DNA of 57,251 nucleotides, the filler included, from Sphacelaria rigidula (taxonomy: Eukaryota), in NCBI GenBank assembly GCA_964200075.2. It is 7 parts of 7 records of this genome, joined end to end, with 100 filler letters (N's around TTAATTAATTAA, not from the genome) between each part and the next. Parts side by side here need not be neighbours in the genome. Positions count along the whole stretch, not along the records: positions 49,160 to 57,251 come from CAXNAA020012330.1; 6 more parts are not named here. One strand, given 5' to 3'. The first letter of the stretch is position 1, and every line of letters begins with the position of its first letter. This document shows positions 49,536-57,251 of this stretch, one piece after another. A program made the translations under genes and the position numbers. The notes under the pieces were generated by a model. The model had not been told where the DNA came from and did no database searches. It worked only from the letters and a program-made list of their open reading frames with translations.

Positions 49536-51770
49536 CTGCGCCATCAATTTTCAATCGCGTAGCGGCACCTGTGTGCTATACTTCCTTCCCCTGCGCGATC
49601 TGATTGGCTATGCACATCAATGCGCTTCTATGTTTTTCTTTCAACTGCGAGGTGTTATAAAGGTCATGACACTAAGTATACAAGAGTATTATTCTTTCTT
49701 CACGTTGCGCACTTGAATGCAAGCAATGGGGACACCTCTGTTACCCCGTCGCCGCGGGGCCAGCTTGACTTCTCAGACTTGACTATCGCAACTTGAATCG
49801 CGGCACTTTTAAAGAATTCACATTGCAATACTTGACACGCTCAACTTTCAGCTTCATTGGCGATTCCACCATTGCGTTTCGCGTATGTGTCCAATCTTCT
49901 TTACCCGGAAAGCTGAACAGGGGTGTTATCGTACGTCAATAGCTCAGCTCGGGAAAATAAAGTGCCGGAAGAACTGCACTGGGCACGCAGATGCTTGTGC
50001 TACACTGCGCTGAACTTTATTTGTGTGTTTGGTGTTGTGGGTAGTGTGCGCTCTTCATTTCCTGCCTGACTTATTTATATCCTATGCTTTCGTTTTTTTT
50101 GTGTGTGTGCGTTCGAACAATACGAGGGGGAAGGGGAGGACGTACGTCTTTTTCTCCCTTGTTTCGAGTTGTCCTCATCACTTTGGACACCTCGCATGCT
50201 TTTTCCTCAAGTATACCTGCTTTCATTAGCTGTACGCCCTGATCCTCGACAGAAAAATGAAATCCTCAAAGGATGAGCACGGTGGCTACACTAGCCTCCA
50301 TGCTATAGAAAAGCAATGTACCGGTAGTGTGGAATATGTACATACCTGTATCGATCATAAGTTGGTGTTTCGGTCCTTCTGCACATCATTTTCCGCATGG
50401 AATATGGCCAGGCGGATGATGCCACCTTGTACTGAATTGCCTCTGTCTGGAGATGACTCCGGCATTGTTTGGCGATTTCGGTGCGCGTAGTCCGACCTCG
50501 GGTCGAAGACAAACACTTGTGCGGGAATTTACGATTCCCGAACGATTCGGAGGTCACTTTGTGGAATGTGGAAGGTTCGCACGATGTGTTTGCGTTCGAC
50601 CCAGAGTCCCACTGCGTACACCACACCACCCAACGTCCAAGTGTCCCGGAACCCTCGTGGACAGTAGTAGAGCAGGTTAGTACAAAGTGGCTTCGTCCGC
50701 CTGACAGTTTTCTTCACTCCAACAGTGTTACCGAAGGGCCAAGAGAGGAACTCTTCATTTCCTTCTGGAGTGTCCCTATTATATACCAGAACGGTCTTGC
50801 CAGAATGCTCTTCCACTATTGACTAATTTCTGGCATGAATATCCGATTCATCTCTATCAAGGGAAGGAAAACCCATAGTTGTGAAGGCCTTCGGACAGTC
50901 GATTCGCTCTTCTCGCCAAAAGGTTCGGTCCTATCTCTCGAACTTCGAGCGACAGTTTCAAGATGCCCACCTCCCCGAGGATTTGGAAACCAACTGCAAA
51001 CGTCACGTCAGATATTTTTCTCCCCGGTGCTTGTTTCCGCCATAACCTGCGAACGATGGCAAACTGGGTGTCGAGAATGATATCCTTGCCATCGCGGTTG
51101 TATCAGCAACACGAACACCAAATTTCAAGGCAATCAAGCAAGAGCTCAGTCGTCTTTATTCTTGTTTCAAGTCACCCAATAGCTGCCACCAGCAGGACGT
51201 GTTGGGCATGGCTATACGGTGCGAAGTGATGAAAATACCCGAACAGCTCAATAAAGCGTGCGGCGCACCTCGGGGTGACTGGCTGCACGGTTGCAGGGAA
51301 CCTGCTTGGAACCTGCGCTCGTCCTGCTATTGCTATGTCCATGCCTTTCTGCTATTCATGTCGTTTGCTCCGGAGACACGTTCGACACGTTCGACACGTT
51401 CGATCTCTTTTGGCGGGACCACCAGCCTTTACGTTGAATGTGTTGATTGTGTTCACTCTTCATCTGTTCTTTCTGCCACTAGTAAAGCATAGCATACCTT
51501 GCAAGGGGTTTATTTTTGAGATAGCATGTGTGGAACCTCGCACCATCACGTTGTCCTATTCATGAAGCGGCGAGAGCATGAGGCAGGCGCACGTGTTTTT
51601 GGCCGCCGCCCTTTCACAGTAGAGGCGCTACAAAACGTCCTTAAATATTTGGTGTTCAGACCACCAAAAAGATTGCACCCCATCATATATTTTTCACATG
51701 AGAGTATGGAACGAATATGATACATCGGTCGGTTCGGGTGACAAATCAGCAAGACAGTAAGGACATTCAC

Positions 51771-53920
51771 CTCCAGTCCATCTACAGGATTATCCTCCAG
51801 CGTTGAGAGCGAGGGCGCCTTCGAAGGAGGCACGAGCACATCCGGTCGACGATCCTTGAGCGCCTCTAGATGGCTTAGCACGTCCAACCGCTCCTCATCC
51901 AGTTGCCACACGTGCAGCAGTTTTGCGTATGCCGTAAGGTATTGAGCGTACTTCAACACGAACTCCTCCTCCTGAGGTAACATGACCCCCATGCCACTAC
52001 CCAGCGAGGCAGACGACAGAACGCACACCATCGTTGCGAGCATCTGCGTATCCCCCAGGACCTCGTAACGACGAAATATCTCCTTCGTAATGTCCCATCT
52101 GGTTCAGAACAGCCACAAGGACAGAAAGCGCCAGACATGGGGATAGGTGATTTGCAGCGTGACGCATAAGGAAAGGCACACTAGGGCGACGTGAGGCGCA
52201 GGTGAAAGCGTCATCCCCGTAAACGTTGTCGCTTTCATCCTAGCCCAGGAATTCGTACCTGTTACCACCACCCGGTGTTCTCTTCCCTAAATGATCGTCG
52301 CAGTTTGCCTCCAAGGCCATCGCATCAGCGGCCACTGCCAGAACCAACCACGTCCTTGCGAGAGATCGATGCCCCATTACCAAAGCATGAGCGCCGAACA
52401 AGATTGCAAGTACCGAAAAACAGCGCGAGGAGGTACAATATCAGGTGGAGCGACGCCGCCGATGACAATGTCTTCACGCGACTGAACTTTCCAAAGGTGT
52501 GTGTGTGTTGGGTAGGGTGTTTCCTATGTCCTATATTTGGGTATTTTGAAAAATCGTGCTCCAAGTTCAAGTACCGAGAGTTGGGTAGAGTAGTGAGATC
52601 GTACTCAACGGTACCCAATATCTGAGTAGAGTTTGAAGATCGGACCATCGCAACACAAAATTCGAGAGAGTAAGTACCCGGGTATTTCTATTCACCATTA
52701 CCCTACCCTACCCTACCCTACCCAACGTACCCTTGGAAAGTTCCACGGTTAGGGCAAATCATCACGACTCAAAATCATCAAATTCACGATTTGTTCGGCC
52801 TGATTGCTCAAAAGGGAGAAAAAAGTTGATCGCTGGTCCAAGGGGTATCCACGCAACTTTCGCGCTATTCCACGTCTCTGGGCTGCCTGTACCTGGGTTG
52901 CAACGCTGAAATATAGGCTAGGGATTGATTCGTCATGAGTCGACTCATCATACTAAAACCAAGTAATTTACAGACGAATCAATATTTGTCCGACGCTTGG
53001 AAAGTTCACTTTCGTCACGAGAACAGCGAGCCTCACGACACAAGTTTCCCGCGAATACTAGTTTGCTGGAACTTGCAGGTGTGCTAGTGCCCAACAATTC
53101 GTGACACACCTACAAGCGGCTCTGCCACCTATTTCCTTCGCAGCCACCGCGTTGTTCCGGCAGAGTTCCCCTACCGACGGAAGTCGCAGCCCTACTGTCG
53201 CGGAATCCATAACTGTGTCATTCGCGGACGCAACGCTTCCGTGAAACAATGCCGTTCCGGAGCGGCTTCTCGTCCCGGAGCTGTGAACCGATTCCGTGCT
53301 GGGAAAGCATTCCATTCGCAACAGGGGCAGTAAATGTTTGAATGTTTAGCTGAAGACAGTACACGTCATCCTGCGGTACTGGAGGGGCATTCCAAGACTT
53401 ACGTTACACGTCCACAACGAAACGTTGGTGAATGGTCAACGCAGCAGGTACCACCGAGGACTTGGAAGACACTGGTTGCCCTCTTACTCTACCCGACGAA
53501 ACACATACTCGCATTTTCGACTCACCCGATGTGCGCTGAAACTAGGCGCTGGGATAAATGCGGCGCCGACACTGGCCTATCGCGGAATACACGAGGACGC
53601 AAGCGGTCGCAGGTGTGAACAGCGGGCGAAAGCACAAAAAGTCAATGGAATGCGGCCAGGCATGGCAATGGAGATAACTGTGAAGAGGTGCAGGTGGGAC
53701 ACTTCCTCAGTGGATGCTTGAGGACGATCTCAGAGCACGTAACTGAGGTTGAGTTGGATTCATCTGCTTTTGCATCATCAGCGCAAGGGGCGTTCCCATG
53801 TTTCCGTGCGGTTTCATCTACTGACAGAAGGCCATAAAGCGAGCTAACCCTCCCTTTTCATTAGCCGACTCACGACCGCCAATAACAGGACAGCATACTA
53901 CTGAGTTGCACAAACGCTGA

Positions 53921-53962
<42 letters not shown>

Positions 53963-56806
53963 ACCTGACAGGCACCACAATTCACCCCAACTTCGAATAA
54001 ATTTGCCTCCAGCTTGCGTTGTGCACGCCTGCTTCGTGTTCCAGGCGCATCCACGGCACCTTTCGAGTGAAGCCAAGTGCTCCGCCAAACCAACCGGGGA
54101 CGACCCTCTCCCCGTTCGTCGGAGCTGCCCCCCCGACACGTTTGCCTCCACAAGAAAATCTTTGGAAGAAAGGGGCGTCCCACCGCCTGCGCTGAAACTG
54201 CTACCTCTCACCCTCTCCCCGGATTGTGGGCCCGGTCCCGGTAACACAGTGAACTCGCTCATTGGTGGGGAGATGGACTGAGCAGCCGATGTTCCGGCGG
54301 GACTGGAGGGCGCGAGAAAGCCTGATCGCGCTCGAGGTGTCTCCATGGGAGGTGAAGGCCCACTCCCTGAGCTAGGTGTCCTTCTCAAGGGATACATTTG
54401 CCTGTGCAGGTACAGGTGATGAGGAGGAGCAGGATGTAAGAGAAGCCTCAGTAAAGCCCCCGCAAGGAAAGGGAAACACTCCTACAGCCTATGGAACAGC
54501 AAGCGACTTTTAGGGTCAACGACAGCGACTGATCGCATTGGACACTATAATACACGTTTCATCGAGCGGAGGAACGCTTTCCATCTACGGTCAGCACACT
54601 CTGTCAAGGCGTGTCTGCACCTGCGGGTTTCACAGCACCTTTCATACGCGCCACGTAATAGGCACTGAACGGTACGCGATTCGCAGCAATTATTGCTGTT
54701 TGTGGCTACTGCACATTTCAATATTCTCGCAACTGCAACCACCGGGTCTTGACGTTTGTGCGGTAAGAACGGAAGTTCAATTGCCCAAACGTAGTCGCGC
54801 GAGCACGATACAGTACCAACAAGGCTACCCAAACTCGTCACCTTGTTCCAGACCCGGTAGACCACTTGGAGCTGCCTGTACCGCTGCTACTCCGCATTCG
54901 CGGCAAGGCACGGCTTTCCCCAGAGGACTTAAGAGCCAAGGTCGCTCCAGGAGACATGGGTCCTCCACTGCCTGGTGGAGCAGGCGTTGCTGAAGCTATT
55001 GAAGTCTCTTCCAGAAGCGCATGATGTCGCGGAGGGGTGAAGTTTGCGCCCGGTTTTCGCGGCGGCAGTTCCATAACATCTGATAGCCCTAAGCCCTGTG
55101 CACCGGACAAACGAGATCACGACTTATCAAACTTGCGACGGAAAATATATATTGGAAAATAAACTGCGTGAAACTACTTTCCGGGGGACATGGACACGTA
55201 CCACCCTCTGCACAAGATGACGGGACTCTGACAGTAACTTACGTGGGGAAACCAGTCCGCGATTTGCCTTCCTCACCATTTGGTTCTGATGGGGACTCCC
55301 AACGGTCATCTCATCGATGCTCCCGCTTCGTTGGCCGACACGTGGCACGCCCACGGCCTCCCATCGTCCCAGACTGCCACCAGCGAAGGCCGGCGATCCC
55401 AGGCCGGCAGCGTTCCAAAGTCCGCGTTGGGCGGATCCTGCGCTGCGTGGAAGAAGCGCAGGACTAGAATCCCATTGTTTCTGTTGATCAAAGTTTGCCT
55501 GTGTAGCCCAGACATGCCCGAAAGCGCAAGGCGAGGAAGTGTTTGATAGTTAATTCAAGTTTCCGTCAGTTTTTTGGCGTCGACAAACGGTTCTTCCCCG
55601 CCAACGCGTCAAGGTAGGTAGGTATATAAGACTGGTCGGCGGTAGCATCGGTTAAACAGTACATGCATGGCATTGTCCATGGCCTTGTCCATGGCCTCAT
55701 GTCGTATTCATCCACTCGTCACGAACACAAGACAAGACAAGACAAGACAAGGTATTAAAAAGCGAAGACGAGAGTGCTGGGAGCGCAGGCGCCTTAGCAC
55801 ATGCACTACTTGGTATCGCCGTCGAAGGCAAAGTACTCTTGACTTTACCTGAAGAGCGTCGGTGCTGACCCTCGTTGCAATGGGAATTGATTTTCCACTA
55901 CCGTCCGTATTCGCGGATATGCCTCGATGTAGAGATGGCGGCGGGGGGATCCCGACAGCGGTGACGATGTTCGCTCGTGGCACCAAGGTATGTCGGCGCT
56001 GAGGGTGGACACTGGTAAGGGGTAAGGGAAGCACGCAGGTGACGTGGTACGTGGTACGTGGTACGTAGAAGCAAGTGTCGGCCGAGACAAGGCGGGAAGA
56101 CGAGAACAATCATGAACTTTTTCGGAGCCGAGTGGAGCAGCGTACAGGAACCGGGATGCATGATACATGAAGAAACGCAAAAGGGTCAGGCAGCTGCAAA
56201 TGGATCACGTCGCCGCACGGGGAACGAAGTAGCGACATGCTACGAAAATCTGGTTCGAAACGGAAGCTTCGCGTTTCCTCACGTTTTCCGTGATACGGTC
56301 AGCGCCACTCACCCGGGATACGTGTCAGCATGTATTCCAACGTCTGTTTCGAACGTGGTGTTATCACTGACGGTAAAAATATAGTTTGAACCCCACACGC
56401 TTTGGGGGGCGCCGCATGGCCGTAGAAAAGAGTCCTGTCCCGATGGCAGCGGGTGCGATGGACCCAACTTGTAGACGCCTGCCAAGCACGGCGACCCCGG
56501 GAGGAGCCAAGACAAATCCAGCAATATAACCTGTGTATGAGCACACGACACGCAAGTCGGGAGACCAACGCTCTTCATGGAATAGCACTTTTATTTTGGG
56601 CAGTCGAGTACCTCAGTAGACCAAACAGTGCATCGGCACGATGTACATTTCACCAATATCCATCACTGACCACGGACCTTATTCGGACAAGGTGTCCATG
56701 GCAGCCGTGCCCTTGTCCCTTCAGCGCCCGATGTTGAATCAGCATCTACCGTCTCGTCGCCGTCCACCTCGTGAAAGCCCCCTGGTTGACCAACGAGCGC
56801 ATCGAG
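51771..56806 (-). CDS. WDR59: WDR59/SEA3 (MTC5)-like GATOR2/SEACAT subunit, C-terminal region, multi-exon
   Basis: Phase-consistent GT-AG exon chain: 56806-56678, 56530-56313, 55998-55849, 55442-55202, 55095-54842, 54401-53986, 53820-53703, 53576-53526, 53298-53110, 52354-52259, 52098-51771. Motifs VILLDLSWLLPGSPCLAGVYKLG, ELCRNNAVAAKEIGGRAACRTWLVLAVAAD, YEVLGDTQMLATMVCVL and YAKLLHVWQLDEERLDVL match recalled WDR59 motifs in order. The middle low-complexity exons are less certain. Confidence 0.75.
52492..52735. mobile_element. hAT-type MITE (GGGTA/TACCC repeats) in a WDR59 intron
   Basis: Ends CAAAGG...TTGGGTAGGGT and ACCCTACCCAACGTACCCTTG. Flanks are GAACTTTC and GAAAGTTC. Confidence 0.65.
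52744..52999. mobile_element. hAT-type MITE with perfect 8-bp TSD in a WDR59 intron
   Basis: Ends CACGGTTAGGGCAAAT and ATTTGTCCGACGCTTG. GAAAGTTC occurs at 52736-52743 and 53000-53007. Confidence 0.75.
53920..53960. repeat. (GAC)n microsatellite in an intron
   Basis: About 13 GAC units. Confidence 0.9.
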
Positions 56807-57251
56807 CTGGACAGAGACAAGCACAAGACGACAACGCATACGTTTGATTCAAAGACGAAACGACGAAAAAGGTGATGCCGCGAGTACAGCCGCATCCCGG
56901 TGGTCCAACGGTCCAATGGTACATAACTAATGCTCTGTGTGTCTAATGGTACAACTGGCACTACTGAACACCATTAGGTAGGGAAAATGTGGGTTTGATT
57001 CCCGTAAGATGCATCTAGTTTCGATTTCTCCCCTCAAGTATCTGATTCTTATCGTTTAAAGTGTGAGCGCGGGAGAGGCAAAAAAGAAGAGTTTGCTTGA
57101 CTGAGTGTACTTGACGAGTGTCGACGCGGTGCGGGAGTGCTGATCCCATCCGCGATACGAAAATGGAAGACGTGCACCATATCGGGGGGGAGATGGCCTG
57201 ATCCCTTGACATCACAGACTCATCCCGAGGAAGGGGAAGAGTTAGAAGTGA

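Overview
This window is not one locus. It is seven unrelated contigs of about 8.09 kb (8094, 8094, 8093, 8093, 8093, 8092, 8092 bp, in descending length) joined by identical artificial 100-bp spacers (44 N + TTAATTAATTAA + 44 N). No synteny should be inferred across spacers. The DNA is eukaryotic, intron-rich and dominated by transposons. The short exons and the TE types suggest a brown alga or related stramenopile (inference). Host genes: one COQ10 exon, a phase-consistent multi-exon WDR59/SEA3-like (GATOR2) gene on the minus strand of the last contig, and two spliceable exons of an unknown protein. Mobile DNA: a decayed Ty3/Gypsy element (gag-PR-RT-RH-IN), a 5'-truncated RTE-type LINE, a tRNA-headed SINE, several hAT-type MITEs (some with 8-bp TSDs), a BED-finger hAT relic, and a probable Harbinger relic. 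There is also a set of CAC...GTG elements with 2-bp TSDs. The most interesting item is an intron-containing P-element-like DDE transposase whose first three exons still splice in frame, interrupted by one of the CAC elements. Most short ORFs in the supplied track are noise. All protein family assignments come from motifs recalled from memory, not from database searches.
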